Assembly: GCA_963821195.1 (NCBI GenBank)
Contig: CAWGDE010000023.1
Coordinates: forward strand, 99,806 to 163,805
From: an uncultured delta proteobacterium
GTDB taxonomy: Bacteria; Myxococcota; Myxococcia; Myxococcales; Anaeromyxobacteraceae
Direction of reading: 5' to 3'
Length of the DNA stretch: 64,000 bases
In this document: in pieces, positions 9,390-22,344 of the stretch
Position numbering within the stretch: the first letter of the stretch is position 1
Layout of the letters: each line of letters opens with the position of its first letter
Program-made: the position numbers and the translations under genes
Notes under the pieces: model-generated
Seen by the model: only the letters and a program-made list of their open reading frames with translations
The model's database searches: none
What the model was told of the DNA's origin: nothing

Positions 9390-9994
9390 CGCGCGGCGCC
9401 TTTCAGGAACAGCTCCACGATGGCGGCCGCCGTCTCGCCGGGCGAGCTCGCCCCCTCGAGGACGCGCACGAGCACCACCCGCGCGATCCCGACGAGCGCG
9501 GGCGCGAACACCTTCGCCCGGTCGGCGCGCAGCTCGCCCGACGCCGTGCCGCGGGCCACGATGGCGCGCGCGCGCCGCGCGAGCTCCTCGAGCAGCGTCC
9601 TCGGCGGGCGGACCTGCCCCGGCCCCTCGCCGGCCTGCATGAGCACGGAGAGCAGCCTCCCGTGCGCGCGCGCGTGCTCCTCGACCGCCGAGAAGAACGC
9701 CCCGAGCTGCTCCTCGACGGTGCCGTCCTTCGCCGCGGCGAGCGCGTCGTCGACGCGCGAGAGGAGCGCCTCCCGGCGCGAGCGGACGAGCGACCGGACG
9801 AGGGCGGCGCGGTCCTCGAAGTGGTTGTAGAGCGTGCCGACGGCGACGCCCGCCTGCTCCGCGATCCGCTCCATCCGCGCCTGGATCCCGTCCGAGGCGA
9901 AGACCTCCTCGGCGGCGGCGAGGATCGCGCGCGCGGCCTCCTCGCGCAGGCGGTCGCGGAGGCGCGGCGGAGGTTGCTGTGAAGGGGATCTCAT
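9386..9994 (-). CDS. TetR-family transcriptional regulator
   Basis: N-terminal HTH ILAAAEEVFASDG...IAEQAGVAVGTLYNHFEDR; first gene of the efflux operon. Confidence 0.9.
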   Translation of the reverse strand: MRSPSQQPPPRLRDRLREEAARAILAAAEEVFASDGIQARMERIAEQAGVAVGTLYNHFEDRAALVRSLVRSRREALLSRVDDALAAAKDGTVEEQLGAFFSAVEEHARAHGRLLSVLMQAGEGPGQVRPPRTLLEELARRARAIVARGTASGELRADRAKVFAPALVGIARVVLVRVLEGASSPGETAAAIVELFLKGAAR

Positions 9995-9999
9995 TGCGG

Positions 10000-10013
10000 T
10001 GAATCTCGATTCA
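10000..10013. promoter_or_regulatory. Putative TetR operator
   Basis: Palindrome TGAATC-tc-GATTCA between the promoter and the tetR start codon. Confidence 0.6.
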
Positions 10014-10026
10014 GAGCGTGAACGCA

Positions 10027-10055
10027 GGTATAAGGATTCGGGACGAGCGCGTCAA
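10027..10055 (-). promoter_or_regulatory. Putative sigma70 promoter of tetR-emrB-emrA
   Basis: TTGACG-17 nt-TATACC on the minus strand. Confidence 0.55.
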
Positions 10056-10135
10056 GGCGCCGCAGGGGACGGGGAACGGCCCGTAAGCACGGCCGAACTT
10101 CCAGCCCCCGAGGCATCGCCCCCAGGGTGGCCCGC

Positions 10136-10170
10136 CCCTCTCCCCCGCGCTGCGCTGTAGGGGGAGAGGG
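10136..10170. repeat. REP-like intergenic palindrome
   Basis: CCCTCTCCCC...GGGGAGAGGG hairpin just downstream of the acyl-CoA synthetase. Confidence 0.6.
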
Positions 10171-10200
10171 AACGTGTGCCGGACGAAGCGCGGGAGAGAC

Positions 10201-11841
10201 CTACGCGGTCTCGATCGCCGCCGCCTTCTCCAGCCCGAGCTCGTGGATCGACTGCTCGCGCATCTTGTACTTCTGGACCTTCCCCGAGACGGTCATCGGG
10301 TAGCCGTCCACGAACTTGTAGTAGCGCGGGATCTTGTAGGTGGCGATCTTGCCCTTGCAGTAGGCGCGGATCTCGTCGCCCGTGAGCGTCGTTCCGGGGC
10401 GGAGCTTCACCCACGCCATGAGCTCCTCGCCGTACTTCGCGTCGGGGACCCCGATCACCTGCACGTCGGAGATGCCGGGCATCGTGTAGAGGAACTCCTC
10501 CACCTCGCGCGGGAAGATGTTCTCGCCGCCGCGCAGCACCATGTCCTTGATGCGGCCGACGATCTTCGCGTAGCCCTGGTCGTCCATCGTGGCGAGGTCG
10601 CCGGTGTGCATCCAGCGGCCGTCGTCGATCGCCTCGCGCGTCGCGTGAGAGTCGTTCCAGTAGCCGAGCATCACCGAGTAGCCGCGGGTGCAGAGCTCGC
10701 CGGGCGTGCCTCGGGGCAGCACGCGGCCGGTGGTCGGGTCGACGATCTTGATCTCGACGTGCGGGTGGACCTGGCCCACCGTCGCGACGCGCTTCTCGAG
10801 CGTGTCGTTCTTCCGCGACTGCGTCGACACGGGCGAGGTCTCGGTCATGCCGTAGCAGATCGTCACCTCCGGCATGTGCATGTCCTTCTGGACCTTCTTC
10901 ATCACCTCGACCGGGCACGGCGAGCCCGCCATGATCCCGGTGCGCAGCGTCGAGAAGTCGATGGACCTGAACTCCGGGTGGTCGAGCTCGGCGATGAACA
11001 TCGTCGGGACGCCGTACAGCGACGTGCAGCGCTCCCTCTGGATCGTCTGCATCACCGCGAGCGGGTCGAAGCTCTCCGCCGGGAACACCATCGCCGCGCC
11101 GTGCGAGGTGGCCGCGAGGTTTCCCATCACCAGGCCGAAGCAGTGGTAGAGCGGCACCGGGATGCAGATGCGGTCCTCCTCGGTGTAGCCGCAGAACTCC
11201 CCGACGAAGTAGCCGTTGTTGAGGATGTTGTGGTGCGAGAGCGTCGCGCCCTTCGGGAAGCCGGTCGTGCCGCTCGTGTACTGGAGGTTGATCGGCTCGT
11301 CGAACTGGAGGTCGCGCTCGGCGTGGTGCAGCTCCTCCTCGGAGAGCCGCTGCGCGTCGTGCTTCAGGTCGGTCCAGTCGTCGTCGATGACGAAGGTCTG
11401 CTTCAGCTCGGGGCAGCGGATCCGCACCTCGCGAACCATCCCGACGTAGTCCGCCCCGCGGAACGACTTCGCGAGGACGAGCGTGGACACGCCCGAGTGC
11501 TTGAGCGCGTACTCGAGCTCGTGGACGCGGTACGCGGGGTTCACGTTCACGAGGATCGCGCCGATCCGCGCGGCCGCGTACTGGAGCACGACCCACTCGT
11601 ACCGGTTCGGCGCCCAGATGCCGACGCGGTCGCCCTTCTTCACCCCGCGGACGAGCAGCCCGCGCGCGACGAGCGACGTCTCGTCCCAGAACTGCCGGTA
11701 CGTCATGCGGACGTCCTGGTGCACGCAGACGAGCGCCTCGCGGTCGGGGAACCTCTCCACCGTGCGGCGCAGGTTCTCCCCGATGGTCTCGCCGAGGAGC
11801 GGGACGCTCGAGGTGCCGCTGACGTAGGACGGTACGGTCAA
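10201..11841 (-). CDS. AMP-binding acyl-CoA synthetase
   Basis: [46 protein letters not shown]; TTG start after GGAGG. Confidence 0.92.
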   Translation of the reverse strand: MTVPSYVSGTSSVPLLGETIGENLRRTVERFPDREALVCVHQDVRMTYRQFWDETSLVARGLLVRGVKKGDRVGIWAPNRYEWVVLQYAAARIGAILVNVNPAYRVHELEYALKHSGVSTLVLAKSFRGADYVGMVREVRIRCPELKQTFVIDDDWTDLKHDAQRLSEEELHHAERDLQFDEPINLQYTSGTTGFPKGATLSHHNILNNGYFVGEFCGYTEEDRICIPVPLYHCFGLVMGNLAATSHGAAMVFPAESFDPLAVMQTIQRERCTSLYGVPTMFIAELDHPEFRSIDFSTLRTGIMAGSPCPVEVMKKVQKDMHMPEVTICYGMTETSPVSTQSRKNDTLEKRVATVGQVHPHVEIKIVDPTTGRVLPRGTPGELCTRGYSVMLGYWNDSHATREAIDDGRWMHTGDLATMDDQGYAKIVGRIKDMVLRGGENIFPREVEEFLYTMPGISDVQVIGVPDAKYGEELMAWVKLRPGTTLTGDEIRAYCKGKIATYKIPRYYKFVDGYPMTVSGKVQKYKMREQSIHELGLEKAAAIETA

Positions 11842-11972
11842 AGGATGCCCTCCGGTCGTTGGGGGCGAGCATCCTAACCCGGAGCGCGCCGTGCGGCGAA
11901 GCGCCTGGTTGGCGCCGTGCGTCACGATCCGACTGAGATCCGGACCGATCCGGACGACGAAGCCGACGGACG

Positions 11973-12944
11973 TCAGGGGAGCAGCACGAGCGACCCGGTC
12001 GTCTCGCGCGCCGCGAGCGCGCGCTGGGCCTCGGCGGCCTGGGCGAGCGGGAGCGTGCGGGAGATCTCGACCTTCACCTTCCCCGCCCGGACGACGTCGA
12101 AGAGCTCCGCCGCGCCGCGCTCGAGGTCCTCTCGCCGCGCGACGTAGTGGAACACGCTCGGGCGCGTGAGGAAGAGCGACCCCTTCCGGCCGAGCAGCCC
12201 GACGTCGACCGGCGGCGGGGAGCCCGACGCGTTCCCGAAGGTGACCATCAGCCCGAGCGGCGCGAGGCAGTCGAGGGATCCGTCGAAGGTGGCCTTCCCG
12301 ACGGCGTCGTAGACCACCGGCACGCCGGCGCCGCCGGTGAGCTCGCGGACGCGCTTCGCGAAGTCCTCGCGCGTGTAGACGATCGTGTGGTCGCATCCGG
12401 CCCGGCGCGCGCGCTCCGCCTTCGCGTCGGAGCCCACGGTGCCGATGACCGTCGCCCCGAGCGCCTTCAGCCATTGCACCATGATGAGCCCGACGCCGCC
12501 CGCGGCCGCGTGCACGAGCACGGTCTCGCCCGCGCGCACCGGGTGCGTCCGGCGGATCAACGCCTGGACCGTGAGCCCCTTCAGCATGATGGCCGCCGCG
12601 GTCCGGTCGTCGATCTCGGGCGGGAGCTTCACGAGCCGGTCCGCCGGGAGGAGTCGCGCCTCGGAGTAGGAGCCCGGTGGTCCCGTGTACGCGACGCGAT
12701 CGCCTGCGCGCACGTGCGCCACGTTCGCCCCGACCGCCTCGACGACGCCCGCGCCCTCCACGCCGATCCCGGACGGCAGGGGGAGCGGGTAGAGGCCGGT
12801 CCGGTGATAGATGTCGACGAAGTTCACGCCGATCGCGGCGTGCCGGACGCGGGCCTCGCCGGGTCCCGGGTCGCCGACGGCGACGTCCTCGAGCCGGAGC
12901 ACCTCCGGCCCGCCGGTCTGGTGGAAGCGGATGGCCTTGGGCAT
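11973..12944 (-). CDS. qor: NADPH:quinone oxidoreductase (zeta-crystallin family)
   Basis: [31 protein letters not shown]. Confidence 0.88.
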   Translation of the reverse strand: MPKAIRFHQTGGPEVLRLEDVAVGDPGPGEARVRHAAIGVNFVDIYHRTGLYPLPLPSGIGVEGAGVVEAVGANVAHVRAGDRVAYTGPPGSYSEARLLPADRLVKLPPEIDDRTAAAIMLKGLTVQALIRRTHPVRAGETVLVHAAAGGVGLIMVQWLKALGATVIGTVGSDAKAERARRAGCDHTIVYTREDFAKRVRELTGGAGVPVVYDAVGKATFDGSLDCLAPLGLMVTFGNASGSPPPVDVGLLGRKGSLFLTRPSVFHYVARREDLERGAAELFDVVRAGKVKVEISRTLPLAQAAEAQRALAARETTGSLVLLP

Positions 12945-13057
12945 GCGCTGTGCGTAACCGGGCGGGGCGGCGGGCGCACGCGCGGCGGCCTCGGCCGCAC
13001 GTCGACACCCTCAGCGTACGACCAGGCGGGCGGAACCGGAGCGGGGTGCCCGCGGCG

Positions 13058-15052
<1,995 letters not shown>

Positions 15053-15055
15053 GGC

Positions 15056-16669
15056 TCACATCCGGAAGACGCCGAAGCGCGTCTCGGGGATCGGGGCGTT
15101 GAGGGCGGCGGAGAGCGACAGGCCGAGCACCCGCCGCGTCTGCGCGGGGTCGACGATCCCGTCGTCCCACAGCCGCGCGGTCGCGTAGTAGGGGTTGCCC
15201 TGCGTCTCGTACTGCGCGCGGATGGGGGCCTTGAACGCCTCCTCGTCCTCGCGGCTCCAGGTCCCGCCGCCCGCCTCGATCCCGTCGCGCCGCACGGTGG
15301 CGAGGACGCTCGCCGCCTGCTCGCCGCCCATCACGGAGATCCGGCTGTTCGGCCAGGTCCAGAGGAAGCGGGGCGAGTAGGCGCGGCCGCACATCGCGTA
15401 GTTGCCGGCGCCGAACGAGCCGCCGATGAGGACGGTGACCTTCGGCACCGCCGCCGTCGCGACGGCGGTCACCATCTTGGCGCCGTCCTTGGCGATGCCG
15501 GCGTTCTCGTACTTCCGCCCCACCATGAAGCCGGTGATGTTCTGGAGGAAGACGAGTGGGATCCCGCGCTGCGCGCACAGCTCGATGAAGTGCGCTCCCT
15601 TCAGCGCCGACTCGGAGAAGAGGATCCCGTTGTTCGCGACGATCCCGATCGTCAGGCCGTGGAGCCGCGCGAAGCCCGTCACGAGGGTCGAGCCGTAGCG
15701 CGCCTTGAACTCGTCGAACCGCGAGCCGTCCACGATCCGGGCGACGATCTCGTGGACGTCGTACGGCTTGCGGGTGTCGGTGGGAAGGATCCCGTACAGC
15801 TCCTCGGGATCGTAGCGGGGCTCCTCGCTCTCCGCGACCGGCGGCCCGGCCGGCTTCGCGCCCGCGCGGTTCAGGTGCGAGACGATCCTCCGCGCGATCC
15901 CCAGGGCGTGGGCGTCGTTCTCGGCGAGGTGGTCGGCGACGCCCGACAGACGGGTGTGGACGTCGCCGCCGCCGAGGTCCTCCGCGGAGACGACCTCGCC
16001 CGTCGCCGCCTTCACGAGCGGCGGTCCGCCGAGGAAGATCGTCCCCTGGTTCCGGACGATGACCGCCTCGTCGCTCATGGCCGGGACGTAGGCGCCGCCG
16101 GCGGTGCACGAGCCCATCACCACAGCGATCTGCGGGATGCCGAGGCCGGAGAGCGTCGCCTGGTTGTAGAAGATGCGGCCGAAGTGATCGCGGTCCGGGA
16201 AGACCTCGTCCTGCCGCGGGAGGAACGCGCCGCCGGAGTCCACGAGGTAGATGCACGGGAGCCGGTTCTGCTCGGCGATCTCCTGGGCGCGCAGGTGCTT
16301 CTTCACGGTGACCGGGTAGTAGGTCCCGCCCTTCACCGTCGCGTCGTTCGCGACGATCATGCACTCGACGCCGTTCACGCGGCCGATGCCGGTGATGAGC
16401 CCGGCGGCCGGGGCCTGGTCGTCGTACATCCCGAGCGCGGCGAGCTGCCCGACCTCGAGGAAGGGCGTGCCGGGGTCGAGCAGCCGGTCCACGCGGTCGC
16501 GCGGCAGGAGCTTCCCGCGCGCGACGTGCTTCTCGCGCGCGGCCTGGCCGCCGCCCTCGGCGACGCGCCGCGCCTTCGCCCGCAGGTCCTCGACGAGCGC
16601 CCGCATCGCCTCCGCGTTCGCCTTGAACTCCGGCGAGCGGGGCTGGATCTGGGACTCGAGGACGTTCAT
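15056..16669 (-). CDS. liuB: 3-methylcrotonyl-CoA carboxylase beta (carboxyltransferase) subunit
   Basis: [50 protein letters not shown]. Confidence 0.92.
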   Translation of the reverse strand: MNVLESQIQPRSPEFKANAEAMRALVEDLRAKARRVAEGGGQAAREKHVARGKLLPRDRVDRLLDPGTPFLEVGQLAALGMYDDQAPAAGLITGIGRVNGVECMIVANDATVKGGTYYPVTVKKHLRAQEIAEQNRLPCIYLVDSGGAFLPRQDEVFPDRDHFGRIFYNQATLSGLGIPQIAVVMGSCTAGGAYVPAMSDEAVIVRNQGTIFLGGPPLVKAATGEVVSAEDLGGGDVHTRLSGVADHLAENDAHALGIARRIVSHLNRAGAKPAGPPVAESEEPRYDPEELYGILPTDTRKPYDVHEIVARIVDGSRFDEFKARYGSTLVTGFARLHGLTIGIVANNGILFSESALKGAHFIELCAQRGIPLVFLQNITGFMVGRKYENAGIAKDGAKMVTAVATAAVPKVTVLIGGSFGAGNYAMCGRAYSPRFLWTWPNSRISVMGGEQAASVLATVRRDGIEAGGGTWSREDEEAFKAPIRAQYETQGNPYYATARLWDDGIVDPAQTRRVLGLSLSAALNAPIPETRFGVFRM

Positions 16670-17839
16670 TCAGGCGCCTTCGCTGAACAGCTCGCGGCCG
16701 ATGAGCATGCGGCGGATCTCGGAGGTGCCCGCGCCGATCTCGTAGAGCTTCGCGTCCCGCCACAGCCGGCCGGTCGGATATTCGTTGATGTAGCCGTTCC
16801 CGCCAAGGACCTGGATCGCCTGGTTCGCCATCCAGGTCGCGTGCTCGGCCGCGTAGAGGATGGCCCCCGCGGCGTCCTTGCGGAGCGTGCGGGCGTGGTC
16901 GGAGCGGTCGCACGCCTTGCCGACGGCGTAGACGTAGGCGCGGCTCGCCTGCCACGTCGTGTACATGTCCGCGAGCTTCCCCTGCATGAGCTCGAACTCG
17001 CCGATGGGGGTCCCGAACTGCTTGCGCTCGTGGACGTACGGCAGCACCACGTCCATGCAGGCGGCCATGATCCCGAGCGGCCCGCCGGCGAGGATGGCGC
17101 GCTCGTAGTCGAGGCCGGACATGAGGACCCTCGTGCCGTCCCCGACGCCGCCGAGCACGTTCTCCGCCGGGACCTCGCAGTCCTCGAGGAAGACCGGGTA
17201 CGTGTTGGAGCCGCGCATCCCGAGCTTGTCGAGGTGGGTGCCGCAGGAGAGCCCCGGCGTGCCCTTCTCGACGATGAAGGCGGTGAGGCCCTTCGGCCCG
17301 GCGGCCGGGTCGGTGTACGCGTAGACGATCTGCACGTCGGCGTCGCCGCCGTTCGTGATCCACATCTTCTGGCCGTTCAGCACGAACCGGTCGCCCTTCC
17401 GGACGGCGCGCGTCTTCATCCCGAGGACGTCGGACCCCGCGTTCGGCTCGGACATCGCGAGCGCGCCGACGTGCTCGCCCGAGACGAGCTTCGGGAGGTA
17501 CCGCCGCTTCTGCTCGGGAGCGCCGTTCCGGTGGAGCTGGTTCACGCAGAGGTTCGAGTGGGCGCCGTAGGAGAGGCCGACCGACGCCGAGGCGCGGGAG
17601 ATCTCCTCCATCGCGACCATGTGGGCGAGGTACCCGACCGCGGTCCCGCCGTACTCCTCGGAGACCGTGAGGCCGAGGACCCCGAGGTCGCCGAGCTTCC
17701 GCCAGAGATCGGCGGGGAACTCGTTCTTGCGGTCGATCTCCGCCGCGCGCGGGGCGATCTCCTTCTTCGCGAACGCGCGGACGGTGTCGCGGAGCATCTC
17801 GACGGTGTCGCCGAGGTCGAAGGGCAGTCCGATGGCCAT
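16670..17839 (-). CDS. ivd: Isovaleryl-CoA dehydrogenase
   Basis: [50 protein letters not shown]. Confidence 0.93.
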   Translation of the reverse strand: MAIGLPFDLGDTVEMLRDTVRAFAKKEIAPRAAEIDRKNEFPADLWRKLGDLGVLGLTVSEEYGGTAVGYLAHMVAMEEISRASASVGLSYGAHSNLCVNQLHRNGAPEQKRRYLPKLVSGEHVGALAMSEPNAGSDVLGMKTRAVRKGDRFVLNGQKMWITNGGDADVQIVYAYTDPAAGPKGLTAFIVEKGTPGLSCGTHLDKLGMRGSNTYPVFLEDCEVPAENVLGGVGDGTRVLMSGLDYERAILAGGPLGIMAACMDVVLPYVHERKQFGTPIGEFELMQGKLADMYTTWQASRAYVYAVGKACDRSDHARTLRKDAAGAILYAAEHATWMANQAIQVLGGNGYINEYPTGRLWRDAKLYEIGAGTSEIRRMLIGRELFSEGA

Positions 17840-17893
17840 GCGCGAACGGTACGTGGCGCGGGGACGCAGAAACGGCCAGAATGGTTGCAGATC

Positions 17894-18952
17894 GTGCCAC
17901 GTCCCCCGCGAGCGTCCCCCTCCCTCCCGTCCCGCCGGAGCCGCCGTGTCCAGCGAGCGGCGACGCCGATCGCCTTCGTGCGCGCGCTGCTCCTCGCGTA
18001 CGACCGGTACGGGGCCGACCCCGCGGAGGTGCTCCGGCAGGGGCAGATCACGCCAGAGATGCTCCGCGACCCCGGGGCGCGGATCACCGCGCAGCAGATG
18101 GAGGTCGTCTCGGAGGGCGCGATGCGCCAGCTGGACGACGAGGCGCTCGGGTGGTTCGGGCGGAGACTCCCATGGGGGACCCTCGGGATGCTCTGCCGCG
18201 CGTCCCTCCCCTCGCCGAACCTCGAGGTGGCGCTCAAGCGCTGGTTCCGCCACCACCGGCTCGTCGCGGACGACATCGCGCTCGAGCTCTCGACCGCGGC
18301 GGGGCGCGCGACGGTGGCGATCCGGGAGCACCGCGAGCTCGGCGCGGCGCGGGAGTTCTGCCTGCTCTCGTACCTGCGCTACGTGCACGGGTACGCCTGC
18401 TGGGCGGTGGACTCGCGCATCTCGCTCCTCGAGGTGGGGTTTCCCTTCCCGGCGCCGCCGCACCGAGCCGTCTACCCGCTCCTCTTCCCCGGGCCGGTCT
18501 CCTTCGACGCCGCCCGGGCGCACTTCACCTTCGACGCGCGCTACCTCTCGCTGCCGCAGCGCCGCGACGACCACGCGCTCCGGGCGATGCTCCGGAACGC
18601 CCTCCCGCTCACGGTGCTGCAGTACCGGCGCGACCGGCTCCTCGTCGAGCGCGTGCGGCGGCTCCTGGCCGAGCACCCCGAGGCGCGCGGCGCCGAGGTG
18701 ATCGCCCGTCAGCTCCACCTCTCCACCCGCTCCCTCCACCGGCACCTGAAGGACGAGGGGGCGTCGCTGCAGGGGCTCAAGGACGAGGTCCGGCGCGAGC
18801 GCGCCGTCGAGCTCCTCTGCCGGACGGAGCGGCCAGTGAAGCAGGTCGCGCACGCCGTCGGGTTCGCGGACGAGAAGGCGTTCGCCCGCGCGTTCAAGCA
18901 GTGGACCGGGGAGACGCCCCGCGGCTTGCGGCGCCGCGCCGGGCCGGGCTAG
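17894..18952 (+). CDS. AraC-family regulator divergent from the ivd-liu operon; start uncertain
   Basis: LDDEALGW N-terminal domain; C-terminal [17 protein letters not shown]...[21 protein letters not shown]. Confidence 0.88.
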   Translation: MPRPPRASPSLPSRRSRRVQRAATPIAFVRALLLAYDRYGADPAEVLRQGQITPEMLRDPGARITAQQMEVVSEGAMRQLDDEALGWFGRRLPWGTLGMLCRASLPSPNLEVALKRWFRHHRLVADDIALELSTAAGRATVAIREHRELGAAREFCLLSYLRYVHGYACWAVDSRISLLEVGFPFPAPPHRAVYPLLFPGPVSFDAARAHFTFDARYLSLPQRRDDHALRAMLRNALPLTVLQYRRDRLLVERVRRLLAEHPEARGAEVIARQLHLSTRSLHRHLKDEGASLQGLKDEVRRERAVELLCRTERPVKQVAHAVGFADEKAFARAFKQWTGETPRGLRRRAGPG

Positions 18953-18956
18953 CGGC

Positions 18957-19136
18957 TCAGGGGGTGGCGTGGCCGGATGCGCCCGGCACAGGGCTCGCGG
19001 CGACCGGGCCCGCCGGCGCCGCGACAGCGTGGTGCACGTGCAGGCGCACGAACAGCACCGTGCCGATGGCGAGCGCGAGGGCGAAGACCAGGAGGGGGAG
19101 ACGGGCGCCGGGCGGCGCGGCCTTCACGTGCGGCAT
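18957..19136 (-). CDS. Putative small membrane protein (59 aa)
   Basis: [36 protein letters not shown]: one hydrophobic helix; a TTGACG-17-TCACAT element lies just upstream. Confidence 0.35.
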   Translation of the reverse strand: MPHVKAAPPGARLPLLVFALALAIGTVLFVRLHVHHAVAAPAGPVAASPVPGASGHATP

Positions 19137-19182
19137 CGCGCGATGTGACGCCGGGCGCGCGTGAGCGTCAACGCGCGAGGCG

Positions 19183-19265
19183 TCGCACCCACGCCGGGGT
19201 GCGCTGCATCGCACCCACGCCCCGGGTGTGTCGCGAGGCGCACCTGCCGCACCCGCCGGTGCGGC
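19183..19265. repeat. Three tandem imperfect palindromes CGCACC...GGTG
   Basis: TCGCACCCACGCCGGGGTGCG, TCGCACCCACGCCCCGGGTGTG, CCGCACCCGCCGGTGCGG. Confidence 0.55.
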
Positions 19266-19271
19266 GCACGC

Positions 19272-20315
19272 TTACCGCAGCGCCGCGACAATCTCGTCCA
19301 GCGCCGACCGCGACGGCCGGACGCGCACCTCGGGGAGCGTCGCGAGCGGCTCGTCGGCCATCCCGAGGGCCTCGACGTAGCTCTGCGCCTTCGGGTCCAC
19401 GAACAGGACGCCGGTCAGCACCTCGCCCGTCCTCGCGCTCTCCATGAGCCGCGAGACCGCCCGGACCCGGTCGGACGGATCGTAGCCCTCCTCGAGCTTC
19501 CGCAGCCGGAGGTGCGAGCCGTCGTGCATCCTGACGTCGGTCGTCGTGCCCGGGTCGTAGTCGACCGAGATGTCCTCGAACGCGGGGACGAACGACAGCT
19601 CCTGGAGGGGCGCGTCGTGGTCCTTCATGTACGCGTACGACTTCGTCGAGCCCTCGTGGTCGTTGAAGGTGACGCAGGGCGAGATGACGTCGAGCATCGA
19701 CGTGCCACGGTGCGCGACCGCCGCCTTCAGCATGGCAGAGAGCTGCTTCTTGTCCCCCGAGAAGGACCGGCCCACGAGCGTCGCGCCGAGCTGGATCGCC
19801 AGGGCGCAGGTGTCGATCGGCGGGAGGTCGTTCACGGTCCCGGTCTTGAGCGTCGAGCCGACGTCCGCGGTCGCCGAGAACTGCCCCTTCGTGAGGCCGT
19901 ACACCCCGTTGTTCTCGATGACGTAGATCATCGGCAGGTTGCGCCGCATGAGGTGCACGAACTGGCCGATGCCGATGGACGCGGTGTCGCCGTCGCCCGA
20001 GACGCCGAGCGGGACGAGCGTCCGGTTCGCGAGCGCCGCGCCGGTCGCGACCGAGGGCATCCGGCCGTGCACGGCGTTGAACGCGTGCGAGCGGTTCATG
20101 AAGTAGGCGGGGCTCTTGGAGGAGCAGCCGATCCCGGAGAACTTCGCGACGCGCTCGGGCGGGACGCCGAGGTCGAAGAAGGCCTCGAGGATGCGCTCGG
20201 AGATCGCGTTGTGGCCGCAGCCCGCGCAGAGCGTGGTCTTGCCGCCGCGGTAGTCGAGGACGGCGAGGCCGATCCGGTTGGTCTTCGGTCCGGCCGGGGG
20301 CGCGCCCGTGGGCAT
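19272..20315 (-). CDS. korB: 2-oxoacid:ferredoxin oxidoreductase beta subunit
   Basis: TLCAGCGH, SGIGCSSK, HGR, GDGD TPP motif, ENNGVYGLTKGQFS, SPCVTFN. Confidence 0.9.
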   Translation of the reverse strand: MPTGAPPAGPKTNRIGLAVLDYRGGKTTLCAGCGHNAISERILEAFFDLGVPPERVAKFSGIGCSSKSPAYFMNRSHAFNAVHGRMPSVATGAALANRTLVPLGVSGDGDTASIGIGQFVHLMRRNLPMIYVIENNGVYGLTKGQFSATADVGSTLKTGTVNDLPPIDTCALAIQLGATLVGRSFSGDKKQLSAMLKAAVAHRGTSMLDVISPCVTFNDHEGSTKSYAYMKDHDAPLQELSFVPAFEDISVDYDPGTTTDVRMHDGSHLRLRKLEEGYDPSDRVRAVSRLMESARTGEVLTGVLFVDPKAQSYVEALGMADEPLATLPEVRVRPSRSALDEIVAALR

Positions 20316-20317
20316 GG

Positions 20318-22156
20318 CTACCTCCCCTCCAGCGTCAGGATCTCGTCGGTGACAGACCGCGCGTCGAGCGGCAGGCCGTGCACGTGCGCGACGCGGCGCA
20401 GCCGCGGAGCGAGCTCGGGCGCGAGGTCGAGCTGGAGCAGCGCGGCGAGCTGCGCGTCGCGGTTCTGCTCGACGACGTAGACGCGCTCGTGCCGCTCGAC
20501 GAACGCGTGCACCTCGCGGGCGAACGGGTACCCCCGGACGCGCAGGTAGTCGGTCTCGATCCCGCGCTCCCGCGCGAGCTGGACGCGCGACTCGACGATC
20601 GCGTGGTGCGACGACCCGTAGGCGAGGATACCCACCTTCGCCTTCCCGGTGCCGTGCACCTCGGGCGCCGGGACGAGCGAGCGCGCGGTCTCGAGCTTGC
20701 GCGCGAGCCGCTCCATGTTCCGCTCGAACACGACCGGGCTCTCGGAGTACACGGCGTTCTCGTCGTGGCCCGTGCCCCGCGTGAAGTAGGACGCCCTCGG
20801 GTGGTCGGTGCCGGGCAGCGTGCGCCAGCCGATGCCGTCGCCGTCCACGTCCTTGTAGCGGGCGAACCCGCCGAGCCGGTCGAGGTCCGCCTTCGAGAGC
20901 ACCTTCCCGCGGTCGATGGGGCGCTCCGGGTACGGGAACGGATCCGCCATCCAGCCGTTCATCCCGAGATCGAGGTCGGTGAGGACGAACACCGGCGTCT
21001 GGAGCCGCTCGGCGAGGTCGAACGCGTCGACCGCCATCGTGAAGCACTCCTCGACGGTGCCCGGGAAGAGGAGCACGTGCTGCGTGTCGCCGTGGGAGAG
21101 GAACGCGGTGGAGAGGACGTCGCCCTGCGCCGTGCGGGTCGGGAGCCCGGTGGACGGACCGACGCGCTGCACGTCGAAGACCACCGCCGGGATCTCGGCG
21201 TAGTAGCCGAGCCCGGCGAACTCGCTCATGAGCGAGATGCCCGGCCCCGACGTCGCGGTCATCGCCCGGGCCCCCGCCCAGCCCGCCCCCATCACCATCC
21301 CGATCGCGGAGAGCTCGTCCTCCGCCTGCACCACCGCGTAGGTCGCCTTCCCGTCGGGGCCGGTCCGGTACTTCCTGAGGTAGCCGATGAGGCTCTCGAC
21401 GAGCGAGGACGAGGGCGTGATCGGGTACCACGTCACGACCGTCACGCCCGCGAACATCGCGCCGATCGCGCAGGCGGAGTTCCCGTCCACGATCATCTTG
21501 CCGCGCGTCGCGTCCATGCGGCGCACGGAGAACGGATCCTTCTTCTCGATCGTCGCGGCGCGCTCGAAGCCCGCGCGCGCCGCCGCGATGTTCAGCTCCT
21601 TGGCCTTCGCCTTCTCCCCGAACTGCTTCGCGATCGCGGCCTCGACCTCCGGCATCTCGACGGAGAGCAGGCGGGCGAGGACGCCGACGTACGCCATGTT
21701 CCGGAGGAGCTTGCGGAGCTTCGCGTCGGTCGTGATCGACTCGACGATCTTGTCGAACGCGACCGGGTAGAAGACGAGGTCGCTCCGCAGCTCGGCGAGC
21801 CCGAGCGGTGCGTCGAACACGACCGCAGCCCCGGGCGCGAGCGCGAGGACGTCGTCGCGCGCGGTCTCCGGGTTCATCGCGACGAGGACGTCGATCTCCT
21901 TCTTGCGCGCGAGGAAGCCGTCCTTCGACGCGCGCACCGTGTACCAGGTGGGCAGGCCGGCGATGTTCGACGGGAAGAGGTTCTTCCCGGAGACCGGCAC
22001 GCCCATCTGGAAGATGGCGCGCAGGAGGACGGTGTTCGAGGACTGGGACCCCGAGCCGTTCGCGGTGGCGACCTGTATGGAGAAGTCGTTCACGACCGGC
22101 CCGCGGGCGGCGGGCCGGGAGGGGGCGTCGGGGCTGTGGGTCTCGGTGTCGGGCAT
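20318..22156 (-). CDS. korA: 2-oxoacid:ferredoxin oxidoreductase alpha subunit
   Basis: NGSGSQS, YPITPSS, QAEDE, ATSGPGISLMSE, VQRVGPSTGLPT. Confidence 0.9.
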   Translation of the reverse strand: MPDTETHSPDAPSRPAARGPVVNDFSIQVATANGSGSQSSNTVLLRAIFQMGVPVSGKNLFPSNIAGLPTWYTVRASKDGFLARKKEIDVLVAMNPETARDDVLALAPGAAVVFDAPLGLAELRSDLVFYPVAFDKIVESITTDAKLRKLLRNMAYVGVLARLLSVEMPEVEAAIAKQFGEKAKAKELNIAAARAGFERAATIEKKDPFSVRRMDATRGKMIVDGNSACAIGAMFAGVTVVTWYPITPSSSLVESLIGYLRKYRTGPDGKATYAVVQAEDELSAIGMVMGAGWAGARAMTATSGPGISLMSEFAGLGYYAEIPAVVFDVQRVGPSTGLPTRTAQGDVLSTAFLSHGDTQHVLLFPGTVEECFTMAVDAFDLAERLQTPVFVLTDLDLGMNGWMADPFPYPERPIDRGKVLSKADLDRLGGFARYKDVDGDGIGWRTLPGTDHPRASYFTRGTGHDENAVYSESPVVFERNMERLARKLETARSLVPAPEVHGTGKAKVGILAYGSSHHAIVESRVQLARERGIETDYLRVRGYPFAREVHAFVERHERVYVVEQNRDAQLAALLQLDLAPELAPRLRRVAHVHGLPLDARSVTDEILTLEGR

Positions 22157-22344
22157 GAAGGCTCCTGGCCTCCGGCCGAGGCCACCCCTCCCGCCCTGTA
22201 GATAACGGCCCTGCGCGGTGGCGCCACGCGGCCGGCAGGCGGACCCCCATGTGCGGCCGGACGGACCGTCGGAGCGCGATGCTTTGCCGCGCGCCGGCCC
22301 CACCGTTCCGTGGCAGGGTTCCCCGCCCGGAGAGGGAACGCGCC

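Noticed and set aside
3391-9830. Very long alternative-frame ORFs (1979 aa and 2023 aa here; also most of 12677-18952, 13011-17900 and 27466-31635)
   Set aside because: Arg/Ala/Pro/Gly-rich shadow ORFs caused by very high GC and few stop codons; they overlap well-supported genes in other frames.
19183-19265. Possible mini CRISPR array
   Set aside because: The repeats are degenerate and nearly adjacent, with no spacer-length unique sequences and no cas genes in the window.
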